Shown: positions 40,291-48,559 of the stretch, in pieces | Layout of the letters: each line of letters starts with the position of its first letter | Position numbering within the stretch: the stretch's first letter is position 1 | DNA from: a virus | Taxonomy: Duplodnaviria; Caudoviricetes | Virus record (IMG/VR): IMGVR_UViG_2799112265_000002 | Location: 1 to 64,000 of that record | Reading direction: 5' to 3' (one strand) | DNA: 64,000 bases | The notes under the pieces: generated by a model | What the model was told of the DNA's origin: nothing | The model's database searches: none | What the model saw: only the letters and a program-made list of their open reading frames with translations | Program-made: the position numbers and the translations under genes

Positions 40291-40347
40291 ACTGTTGACT
40301 TCCCACAACGGGCTTAATACCCGGCTCCGCGAGGCGGAGCGCACCTG

Positions 40348-40803
40348 ATGGAACGGGGCGACATCTCCAACGAGGTCGTCCCCCGCCTGGTCATCGCGTT
40401 CGAGGGCATGCTCGGCGTCCTGCCGGAGAAGCCGGAGCGCGTGCACGAGCTGGTCGCCCGCAGGTTCGGGCGCCGGCAGCGCATGGCCAAGCGGACTGTG
40501 GACGCGTACGAGATCAACGACGCGCTGGCCCGGGTCATCTGGGACACCGTCTGGCGGTTCCGCTACTCGGTCGACGTCGTCACCTACCTCGGAGACGACG
40601 CTGTCGGGCCCCTGGAGGCCCGTCTGGACGCCGAAGGGCTTCCCATCGGCCGGGTGTGGGCCACGACCCCTGAGCGGCTGGCACGACGCCTGCCCTACAT
40701 GCCGGACGTCGCCGCGATCTTCGACAACGAACACCACCTGATCTACGGCAGCAAGGGCCGTTCCCTGCCCGCTGCCCCCACCACCCTCATAGGAGCGTTG
40801 TAG
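40348..40803 (+). CDS. Hypothetical protein (possibly degenerate HAD-like fold)
   Basis: LVIAFEGML resembles a DxDG strand lacking the aspartates; coupled to dnaB-like gene. Confidence 0.6.
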   Translation: MERGDISNEVVPRLVIAFEGMLGVLPEKPERVHELVARRFGRRQRMAKRTVDAYEINDALARVIWDTVWRFRYSVDVVTYLGDDAVGPLEARLDAEGLPIGRVWATTPERLARRLPYMPDVAAIFDNEHHLIYGSKGRSLPAAPTTLIGAL

Positions 40804-42068
40804 TGGCGGACTTCGAGCGCCTGCTCGTGTCCCGCGTCATCCAGGACAAGGACCTGGCCGACGTCGCGGACGCGGGCATCACCGCGGACTTCTTCGGCGA
40901 CCCCGACAACAAGGCCGTCTTCAAGGCCATCCTGCGACACAAGGCCACCTACGGCGAGGTCCCCAGCCTCGCCACCATCAAGACCGACTTCCCGACGTAC
41001 AAGTTCGTCAAGGTCGAGGACAGCATGCAGGTGCTGACCGACCGACTGCGCGAGCAGCACACCCTGGACCTGCTGGAGCAGGGCCTGGCCGACTCGGTCG
41101 ACGCACACGAAGAGGGCAACGCCAAGGCGGCCATGGAGGCGCTGGCACACACGCTGGCGTCCATCGCCTCGGCGGTGCCCAACTCCCGGGACACCGACCT
41201 GACGGAGACCGGGCAGGCACGGCTGGCCCGCTACCTCACGCTCAAGGACCTGCCCGACGGCCTGCGAGGTATCCCGACCGGCTTCCAGACCATCGACCGC
41301 GCCACCCAGGGCCTCCAGAAGGAGCAGTTGATCACCTTCGTCGGCCCTCCCAAGGCCGGTAAGTCCACGCTGCTCCTTCTGGCCGCCATGGCCGCGCACC
41401 TGTACGGCGTGAAGGTCCTGTTCATCGGCTTCGAAATGAGTAATGAGGAGCAGGAGGAACGTTTCGACGCCATCCGCGCGGGGATTTCCCACGCCCGGCT
41501 GAGGAACGGAACGCTCAAGAAGGCCGAGTGGGACAGGCTTGAAAGGGCCCTGCGGGAATTGGAGGCGATGCCCTCGTTCTTCCTGTCGTCGGACTCCATG
41601 AATGCGACGACGCTGACTGGTGTCGAGGCGAAGATTGACTCGCTGCGGCCCGAGGTCGTCATTATCGACGGCATCTACATGATGCAGGACGAACTCGGAG
41701 AGGCTCAGGGATCTCCGCAGGCGCTCACGAATCTCACCCGTGGGTTCAAGCGCATGGCGAAGAACCGGCAGTTGCCCATTCTCATCTCCACGCAGGTCCT
41801 CGAATGGAAGATGAACAAGAAGAAGGGGATCACCTCCGACTCTATCGGTTATTCGTCTTCCTTCGCCCAGGACTCCGACGTGATTCTCGGTGTCGAGTCC
41901 ACGGAGGACGCGAACATCAACAAGATCAAGGTGGTCCTGGCCCGTAACTGCCCGCCGCTGGAGACCTACTGCCAGTGGGACTGGGAGACCGGCAAGTTCG
42001 AGGAACTGAACGAGGACCCGTTCGCCATGGACGAGGTGAACACCGATGGATACGTCGGCGCCTTCTGA
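40803..42068 (+). CDS. DnaB-like replicative helicase
   Basis: GIPTGF..ID, GPPKAGKS, FEMS, IIDGIY, QDSD. Confidence 0.9.
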   Translation: MADFERLLVSRVIQDKDLADVADAGITADFFGDPDNKAVFKAILRHKATYGEVPSLATIKTDFPTYKFVKVEDSMQVLTDRLREQHTLDLLEQGLADSVDAHEEGNAKAAMEALAHTLASIASAVPNSRDTDLTETGQARLARYLTLKDLPDGLRGIPTGFQTIDRATQGLQKEQLITFVGPPKAGKSTLLLLAAMAAHLYGVKVLFIGFEMSNEEQEERFDAIRAGISHARLRNGTLKKAEWDRLERALRELEAMPSFFLSSDSMNATTLTGVEAKIDSLRPEVVIIDGIYMMQDELGEAQGSPQALTNLTRGFKRMAKNRQLPILISTQVLEWKMNKKKGITSDSIGYSSSFAQDSDVILGVESTEDANINKIKVVLARNCPPLETYCQWDWETGKFEELNEDPFAMDEVNTDGYVGAF

Positions 42069-42345
42069 GCCCCGCCTGGTGGTCCTCGCCGGGAACTTCC
42101 GGGAGTTCCTGTTCTGGTGCCGGGAGAACAAACGAAACCCCCGTGACCGGAACCTTATCTACGCCAGCGAAATGCACCGCCTGCAAGGCCTCGGCCCTAT
42201 CAGGTGGATCTCATACGGCACCGCCTATATGCGCCGCGACTACTGGGAAATGCGCCAGTACCTGAACTACCTGGAGAGGAGATACCAGTGCCCCGAGCAA
42301 AAGCCGGATGGGACGCAATCGGAAACCCCATCCCTGGAAACGTGA
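42046..42345 (+). CDS. Hypothetical protein
   Basis: Fills the gap between helicase and primase. Confidence 0.5.
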   Translation: MDTSAPSEPRLVVLAGNFREFLFWCRENKRNPRDRNLIYASEMHRLQGLGPIRWISYGTAYMRRDYWEMRQYLNYLERRYQCPEQKPDGTQSETPSLET

Positions 42346-43250
42346 CCGCGTGCCTGGACACCCTGGAACTCGACTACAAGGTCCAGGGCGACGAAATACA
42401 CATGCCGTGCCCCATGCATGAGGCGCGCACCGGAAAGAAAGACGCACACCCATCCTTTTCCATAAACTTCGACGAAGGGTATTTCAACTGCTTCTCCTGC
42501 GGATACCGCGGGGCCTTCTGGGTCCTCGTCCGCGACGTCCTGGACCTGGACGCGAGCGAGGCCAAGAACTGGGTCAGGAAGCGGGGCGGAGCGGAGCGCG
42601 TCCGGAAGTACCTGGAGAAGAAGAAGCAGCGCGCTGAGCAGGTCGACACGACCAAGCAGATCAACGAGGCGTCGCTGGCCCTGTACACCACGCCGCCGCT
42701 GAGCGCCTGCGCCGAGCGGTTCTTCCTGCCGGAGGACGCCGAGACGTGCGGGGTGCTGTGGGATCCGGCCCGGGACATGTGGATCATCCCGGTCCGCGAC
42801 CCCGACACCGGGATGCTGTGGGGCTGGCAGGAGAAGAACGAGCGGTACTTCCGCAACCGGCCGCCGGGCATGGCGAAGTCCAAGACGCTCTTCGGCTTGC
42901 ACACCTACGACGACGACGTGGCCGTGCTGGTCGAGTCGCCGCTGGACGTGGTCCGGCTGTGGACGTGCGGGATCCGCGGGGGCTTGGCTTCCTACGGCGC
43001 CGGAGTCTCCGACGCGCAGATGTCCCTGATCCGCGACCACTTCGACACCGTCATCGTCGCCCTCGACAACGACGACGCCGGAGCGAAGGCCTGCCAGCGC
43101 CTGAAGGACGAGTGGACCGGCCGCGGCCTGACCCTCAAGTTCCTCGACTACTCCGTGGCCCCGCACGCCAAGGACCCCGGAGACATGAACGCCGACCAGA
43201 TCAAGGCCGCCGTCCGCGGCGCCTACTCATCCATCCTCGCCCGTTTCTAG
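42288..43250 (+). CDS. DNA primase (Zn finger plus TOPRIM)
   Basis: CPMH..CFSC, LVESPLD, ALDNDDAG, KDPGD. Confidence 0.9.
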   Translation: MPRAKAGWDAIGNPIPGNVTACLDTLELDYKVQGDEIHMPCPMHEARTGKKDAHPSFSINFDEGYFNCFSCGYRGAFWVLVRDVLDLDASEAKNWVRKRGGAERVRKYLEKKKQRAEQVDTTKQINEASLALYTTPPLSACAERFFLPEDAETCGVLWDPARDMWIIPVRDPDTGMLWGWQEKNERYFRNRPPGMAKSKTLFGLHTYDDDVAVLVESPLDVVRLWTCGIRGGLASYGAGVSDAQMSLIRDHFDTVIVALDNDDAGAKACQRLKDEWTGRGLTLKFLDYSVAPHAKDPGDMNADQIKAAVRGAYSSILARF

Positions 43251-43297
43251 GAGCACACCGTGACGCTTAATACCTGCCCCCGCGAGGGGGACCCCCG

Positions 43298-43594
43298 ATG
43301 AAGGCACCCGAGGGCTACGAGCACCTGGGCCAGGAGTTCTGGGACCGCGTCGAGCCGGACCCGGACACCGACTGCCTGATCTACCAGTCCACCGCCACGC
43401 GGCCTTACTACCAGGGCAAGTCCCTGCTGACCTTCCTCACTGGAGGGGATGGCAGTCAGAAGCACAGGGCCTGCCGGCGTCGCATGTGTGCCAACCCTGA
43501 CCACATCCAGTCAGGGCACTTCAACCCCGGCACCCCGTTCGCCAAGAGGCCGCGGACCCGGGGACAGTTCAACCGGCAGTACAGCCAGTGCTAG
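43298..43594 (+). CDS. HNH-like protein (possibly degenerate)
   Basis: FWDRV..DC.I and C....CANPDHI. Confidence 0.55.
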   Translation: MKAPEGYEHLGQEFWDRVEPDPDTDCLIYQSTATRPYYQGKSLLTFLTGGDGSQKHRACRRRMCANPDHIQSGHFNPGTPFAKRPRTRGQFNRQYSQC

Positions 43595-45231
43595 CCGTCG
43601 ACTTGCACGCGTACCAGGAGGAGGCGGTAGACCGCGCCGTCGAGCGCGGCTCCCTCCTGATCGCCTACGAGATGGGCCTGGGCAAGACCGTCATCGCCCT
43701 GGCCGCCATCGAGGAGCTGCTGGAGAAGGGGGAGGTGGAGACCGCGGTCATCGTGGTGCCGGCGAACCTCAAGTACCAGTGGGCCAAGTCCATCGCCCGC
43801 CTCACCGACGTGCCGACCCGTACGGTCACGGTGCGCGAGGACGGGCTGAAGCAGGAGATCACCGTCCCCACGGAGGAGTACTGCGTCCTGATCGACGGCG
43901 ACGCGAAGAAGCGCGCCGGGCTGTACGCCAAGGTCAAGACGCTCCGGCCGGAGTACGTGATCCTCGGCTACGAGAACGTCGTCAACGACTGGAACTACGT
44001 GAGGAGGATCAAGCCGGAGTGCATCGTCCTCGACGAGTGCACGGCCATCAAGACCTTCCGGGCCCAGCGCACGCGGAAGATCAAGAGGCTCACCGCGCCG
44101 TACCGCTTCGGCATGACCGGCACCCCGGTGGAGAACGGGAAGCCCGAGGAGCTGTTCTCGATCATGCAGTGGGTCGACGACCAGGTCCTCGGCCGCTTCG
44201 ACCTGTTCGACAAGTCGTTCATCGTGAGGAACCGCTTCGGTGGTGTCCAGCAGTACAAGAACTTGCCGGTCCTGCACGCCAAGCTGGCCGAGGTGATGGT
44301 CAGGAAGACGCGCCTGGACGACGATGTGCGGCCGTACCTGCCCGAGGTACAGGAGTCCATCATCCCGGTCGTGCTGGACCCCAAGACGAAGAAGGCCTAC
44401 AAGGCCATCTCCGCGGACCTGCTCGCCGAGCTGCGGGCGCTCGGGCCCAACACAGGCAACTTCGACTTGTTCGCCCACTACCACGGAGGAGACACCCCGA
44501 ACGAGAACAGTCAGCAGGGCAAGATCATGTCTCGCATGCAGGCCCTGGACATGCTGCTGAACCACCCGGACCTGATCGTCATGTCCGGGCAGCAGTATGA
44601 GGAGAGCCAGGAGGCACGCTCACGCGGCGCCGAGAAGAAGACCTGGCCCGGCTCGAAGTACGCCTACGAGGTGTGGCAGTCCGGCCTGCTCGACGAGGTC
44701 ACCACGTCCCCGAAACTGGACGCCGTGGCGGCAGCGATCGAGGACATCCTGGCGGTGCCCGGCAACAAGGTGATCGTCTTCAGCGTCAACCCTGACATGC
44801 TCGACCTGATCGGGGACAGGCTGCCGGCGGGATCCTTCGTCACCTACACCGGCCGGATGTCCTCCGCGGCCAAGGCCTACGCCGCCCAGCGATTCGAGGC
44901 TGACCCGGACTGCCGGGTGTTCCTGTCCAGTCACGCGGGCGCCTTCGGCACCGACCTGTACATGGCCAACTACCTGATCAACTACGACCTCGCCTGGAGC
45001 GCGGGTAAGCAGGACCAGATCAACGCCCGGCACAACCGGGCCAGCAGTCAGTTCCGGGACATCTACATCCTGAACGCCATCACCCAGGGGACCACCGAGC
45101 CGCGCAAGCTGTCGATGCTGGCGCACAAGCGGCGGGTCGGCTCGGCCATCACGGACGGGCGCGGGGCGGATGAGAAGGGGCGCATCGAGAACGACGTGCA
45201 GACGCTGACTCAGTGCCTGGACGCGGCGTAA
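43588..45231 (+). CDS. SNF2-family helicase
   Basis: YQ, MGLGKT, LDEC, MTGTPVEN, Q..AR..R. Confidence 0.9.
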   Translation: MLAVDLHAYQEEAVDRAVERGSLLIAYEMGLGKTVIALAAIEELLEKGEVETAVIVVPANLKYQWAKSIARLTDVPTRTVTVREDGLKQEITVPTEEYCVLIDGDAKKRAGLYAKVKTLRPEYVILGYENVVNDWNYVRRIKPECIVLDECTAIKTFRAQRTRKIKRLTAPYRFGMTGTPVENGKPEELFSIMQWVDDQVLGRFDLFDKSFIVRNRFGGVQQYKNLPVLHAKLAEVMVRKTRLDDDVRPYLPEVQESIIPVVLDPKTKKAYKAISADLLAELRALGPNTGNFDLFAHYHGGDTPNENSQQGKIMSRMQALDMLLNHPDLIVMSGQQYEESQEARSRGAEKKTWPGSKYAYEVWQSGLLDEVTTSPKLDAVAAAIEDILAVPGNKVIVFSVNPDMLDLIGDRLPAGSFVTYTGRMSSAAKAYAAQRFEADPDCRVFLSSHAGAFGTDLYMANYLINYDLAWSAGKQDQINARHNRASSQFRDIYILNAITQGTTEPRKLSMLAHKRRVGSAITDGRGADEKGRIENDVQTLTQCLDAA

Positions 45232-45296
45232 CTTCCAGGATCCCATGCAGGACGTCGAGTGGTTGTAAAGGGTTTCCCGCGTGTCACTATCAAAGC

Positions 45297-45431
45297 ATGC
45301 GAGAAGACCCACTCGACGTCCTGCTCCGTGAGGGGCTGGAGGACGTCATGCACCCCCCGGAGGAGCAGGAGGACTGGGACCTGACCCCCGTCCGCCTGGC
45401 TCGTCGCGGTGCCGTCGCCGACCGCTGGTGA
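45297..45431 (+). CDS. Small acidic hypothetical protein (44 aa)
   Basis: MREDPLDVLLREG...; no RBS, possibly leaderless. Confidence 0.5.
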   Translation: MREDPLDVLLREGLEDVMHPPEEQEDWDLTPVRLARRGAVADRW

Positions 45432-45459
45432 ACGATGTAAAGCGGTTTCCGTAGATCCG

Positions 45460-45489
45460 TTGACAAGGGCATATGCCTCTCCGTAGAGT
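45460..45489 (+). promoter_or_regulatory. Housekeeping-sigma-type promoter
   Basis: TTGACA-18 bp-TAGAGT upstream of the 45548 ORF. Confidence 0.7.
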
Positions 45490-45547
45490 CGACCTCACCA
45501 AGCAGGAACCGAACAGAGGATCGAATCGCTACGCAGGGGAGACGCAA

Positions 45548-45895
45548 GTGACCACCATCGCTGAAGCACTCGGCATCGACTGGACCGCCCGCCTCTCGGA
45601 CGAGTCCCCCGAGTACCGCCTGACCCACCACGCGCAGAAGCAGGCGCAGGCCAAGGGCTGGACGTCCCAGCAGGTCCTGGACGCCGCCAACCGCCCGCAC
45701 CACACGTACCCCTCCGGCCGCGTACCTGGCCAGTACCGCCACGTGAAGGGCGACATCGTCGCCATCGTGGACCCCGTACAGCACCGCGTCGTCACCGTCT
45801 ACCAGGACGTCGAGGAGACCGACCTCCGTCCGGACCAGACCGACCGGGACGCGCAGACCTACGCCAAGCGCCACGCCTCCCTCGGCTGCAAGTAA
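45548..45895 (+). CDS. DUF4258/RelE-like small protein
   Basis: LTHHAQKQ...IVAIVDP...VVTVY; AGGGGAG RBS. Confidence 0.6.
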   Translation: MTTIAEALGIDWTARLSDESPEYRLTHHAQKQAQAKGWTSQQVLDAANRPHHTYPSGRVPGQYRHVKGDIVAIVDPVQHRVVTVYQDVEETDLRPDQTDRDAQTYAKRHASLGCK

Positions 45896-45995
45896 CACCT
45901 TCGAAACGCGTAATCGATATGGACTTCTGCAAAGACGTAATGGTAGAGTCGTATCTGCTCAACCGACCTACTACGTAGAAAGAGAGCCCCGCTCT

Positions 45996-46472
45996 ATGGC
46001 TACAGTCCCGAGACGAGCAACCCGACGCACCGAGCGCCCCATCTCCCTCGACCAGGCCGCGCCCTGGGAGAAGACCCGGCAGTTCCTGGCCCTGAAGTTC
46101 CAGGAGGCCGACATCGTCAGCCGCAAGAACAAGTTGCGCGACGAGGTCTCCGCCCACGTGGACGCCAACGGCGAGACCGACGAGAAGGGCAGCAAGTTCT
46201 GGCGCCTGCCGACGCCCATCGAGGTCAACGGCCAGACCTTCACCGAGGTCAAGCGCGAACGCCGCGTCTCCCAGTCCCTCGACGAGGAGAAGACCGACGA
46301 ACTGGTCACCGCCAAGGGTGTCCGGAACCGCGTCTTCAAGACGGTCGAGATGGAGGTCCTGGACCAGGACGAGTTGTACGTCCTCAACCAGGAGGGCGTC
46401 ATCTCCGACGACGAACTGGACGGCCTCTGGGTCGAGAACGTGTCCTTCGCTTTCAAGCCCATCCGCGGCTGA
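45996..46472 (+). CDS. Hypothetical phage protein
   Basis: Codon usage; first gene of an operon. Confidence 0.7.
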   Translation: MATVPRRATRRTERPISLDQAAPWEKTRQFLALKFQEADIVSRKNKLRDEVSAHVDANGETDEKGSKFWRLPTPIEVNGQTFTEVKRERRVSQSLDEEKTDELVTAKGVRNRVFKTVEMEVLDQDELYVLNQEGVISDDELDGLWVENVSFAFKPIRG

Positions 46473-46487
46473 CAGGAGTCCCACCAC

Positions 46488-46958
46488 ATGAGCACCATCG
46501 CCAACAGCATCGACCAGGCCTTCGCCGAGATCGGCGAGCAGTTCTACCCCGGCTCGACGCGCCCCTTGGTACGTCACCGGAACCGGCTTAATACCGAGGC
46601 CGCCCCGTCGGCGGCCGACCCCAGTGCCTGGGACGCCAAGCCGCGCAAGTACGTGGTCGGTGGCGTGGAGACCGAGTTCTTCACCGTCGGCCAGTTGGCC
46701 CAGGCCCTCGGCCGGCAGCCGGTCACGATCCGGAAGTGGGAGCGCGAGGGAGTCATCCCGAAGAGCACCTTCCAGTCCCCGGGCCGTGACGGAGACGTCC
46801 GCGGCCGGCGCCGCCTCTACACCCGCGCGCAGGTTGAGGGCATCGTCCGCATCGCGCACGAGGAGGGCGTCCTGGTCTCCCACCAGAAGCCCATCAAGGA
46901 CACCCAGTTCACCCCCCGGGTGATCGCCCTGTTCGAGCGTCTGGCGGCCGAGCAGTGA
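46488..46958 (+). CDS. MerR-like HTH DNA-binding protein
   Basis: FTVGQLAQALGRQPVTIRKWEREGVIP...RRLYT. Confidence 0.85.
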   Translation: MSTIANSIDQAFAEIGEQFYPGSTRPLVRHRNRLNTEAAPSAADPSAWDAKPRKYVVGGVETEFFTVGQLAQALGRQPVTIRKWEREGVIPKSTFQSPGRDGDVRGRRRLYTRAQVEGIVRIAHEEGVLVSHQKPIKDTQFTPRVIALFERLAAEQ

Positions 46959-47188
46959 GGGTCGTCAAGAGCGCCAAGCATCACGTGTCCATGGGGAACT
47001 TCGAGTGGGTGGAGTTCGGCTACGAGGTCGACATCGACTCCGACGACTTCCCCAAGGCGCGGTCCCTTGAGGACCTGGACAAGATCGCCACCGACCAGAT
47101 CGACAAGGCCCTCGCGGCCGACATCGAAGAGGCCCGGCTGAACACCGCCGAGAAGAACTCCTACATCCACTTGTTCCGACAGGAGTAA
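46955..47188 (+). CDS. Hypothetical protein
   Basis: GTGA overlap. Confidence 0.65.
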   Translation: MRVVKSAKHHVSMGNFEWVEFGYEVDIDSDDFPKARSLEDLDKIATDQIDKALAADIEEARLNTAEKNSYIHLFRQE

Positions 47189-47190
47189 CC

Positions 47191-47664
47191 GTGCAGCCTG
47201 CTGAGTTCCCCTTCGTGGAAGGCGTCCACTACGAGGTAGCCGAGAACGGCTGCTGGGAGTGGCGGCTGACCCGAACCCCTCGGGGATACGGGCAGGCATG
47301 GGACGCACGGGTCAAGAAGACCCGCTACGCGCACCGGATCGCGTGGGAGTACGCCAACGGCAGGTCCCTGGAGCCGAGTGAGGTGGTTCGCCACGACTGC
47401 GACAACCCTCCCTGCATCCGCCCCAAGGACCTGCTGGTGGGCACCCAGGCCGACAACCTCCGGGACATGCGCGAGCGAAACCGGCAGGCCCGTGGGGACA
47501 ACCACGGCCGGGCCAAGCTGACCGACGAGGAGGTCGCTGCCATACGCGCCGAGTACACCGGCGCTCGCGGTGAGAAGACTCGCCTGGCCAAGAAGTACAA
47601 CGTCCACAAGACACGGATCGGCCAGATCCTCTCTGGCGACCGACCTACTAATCAGGAGAACTGA
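47191..47664 (+). CDS. HNH endonuclease
   Basis: CWEW, AHR, VRHDCDNPPC..P.DL..GT.ADN..DM; C-terminal HTH. Confidence 0.88.
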   Translation: MQPAEFPFVEGVHYEVAENGCWEWRLTRTPRGYGQAWDARVKKTRYAHRIAWEYANGRSLEPSEVVRHDCDNPPCIRPKDLLVGTQADNLRDMRERNRQARGDNHGRAKLTDEEVAAIRAEYTGARGEKTRLAKKYNVHKTRIGQILSGDRPTNQEN

Positions 47665-47666
47665 GT

Positions 47667-48479
47667 ATGCCCCGCACTCTGACCCGCCGCCGTACCGCCC
47701 GCGACACCGAGGCCTACTCGCCGGCCGACGAGCCGGAGGAGGAGCACGGCTACGCCGACGAGGAGGATGAGGCCCCCACCCGCGGCTCCCGTCGCGGCGC
47801 CCGCCAGTCGCTTAATACCGAGGAGGCCGGCACCTCCTCCCGCCGTTCGCGGCGTCCCTCCCGCGACGAGGACGACGAGGACGACGAGCCCGCGCCGAAG
47901 GTCGGCGGAAAGGGCTGGGGCTCCTACGAGAAGACCAAGCAGGCCTCCTCCGGCTTCCCCGACAACTTCAAGGCGACCGGCGAGTCCGTCATCGTCCACT
48001 TCCTGGACGACGAACCGTTCCTGGTCTTCCTCCAGCACTGGATCGAGCGCAAGGGCAAGAAGTCCTTCACGTGCCTCGAAAGCAAGTGCCCGCTGTGCGA
48101 CGACGCCGGGGACAAGCCGTCCCAGCAGGTGTGCTTCAACGTCGTCGACTTCACCGACCCCGAGGACCCGCAGATCAAGGTCTGGCAGGTCGGCCCGATG
48201 GTCGCCGACATCCTGAAGAACTACGCCAAGGACAAGAAGACGTCGCCGATCAACCGCGACGACCTGTACTTCTCGGTCCGCAAGGAGACCAAGAACAACA
48301 AGACCACCTACTACATCACGCCCGTCAAGGAGCGTGACCTCCTCGACGACTGGGACATCGAGCCCCTGGAGGACGAGGACCTGGAGGAATTCGACTCCAA
48401 GGCCTACGACGAGGGCATCCTCCAGGTCACCCGGCGCAGCGAACTCAAGGACATCGTCCGGGAAATCCTGAACGACTAG
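47667..48479 (+). CDS. Probable ssDNA-binding protein (gp32-like)
   Basis: QHW...C...CPLC core, upstream of the polymerase. Confidence 0.65.
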   Translation: MPRTLTRRRTARDTEAYSPADEPEEEHGYADEEDEAPTRGSRRGARQSLNTEEAGTSSRRSRRPSRDEDDEDDEPAPKVGGKGWGSYEKTKQASSGFPDNFKATGESVIVHFLDDEPFLVFLQHWIERKGKKSFTCLESKCPLCDDAGDKPSQQVCFNVVDFTDPEDPQIKVWQVGPMVADILKNYAKDKKTSPINRDDLYFSVRKETKNNKTTYYITPVKERDLLDDWDIEPLEDEDLEEFDSKAYDEGILQVTRRSELKDIVREILND

Positions 48480-48559
48480 GCCCCCGCGGGGAGGCTCTGG
48501 CGCCAGCTCGGCGCTGGGCCTCCCCCTCAGCTTCCCACCCACCACCACCGGAGCCCGCT

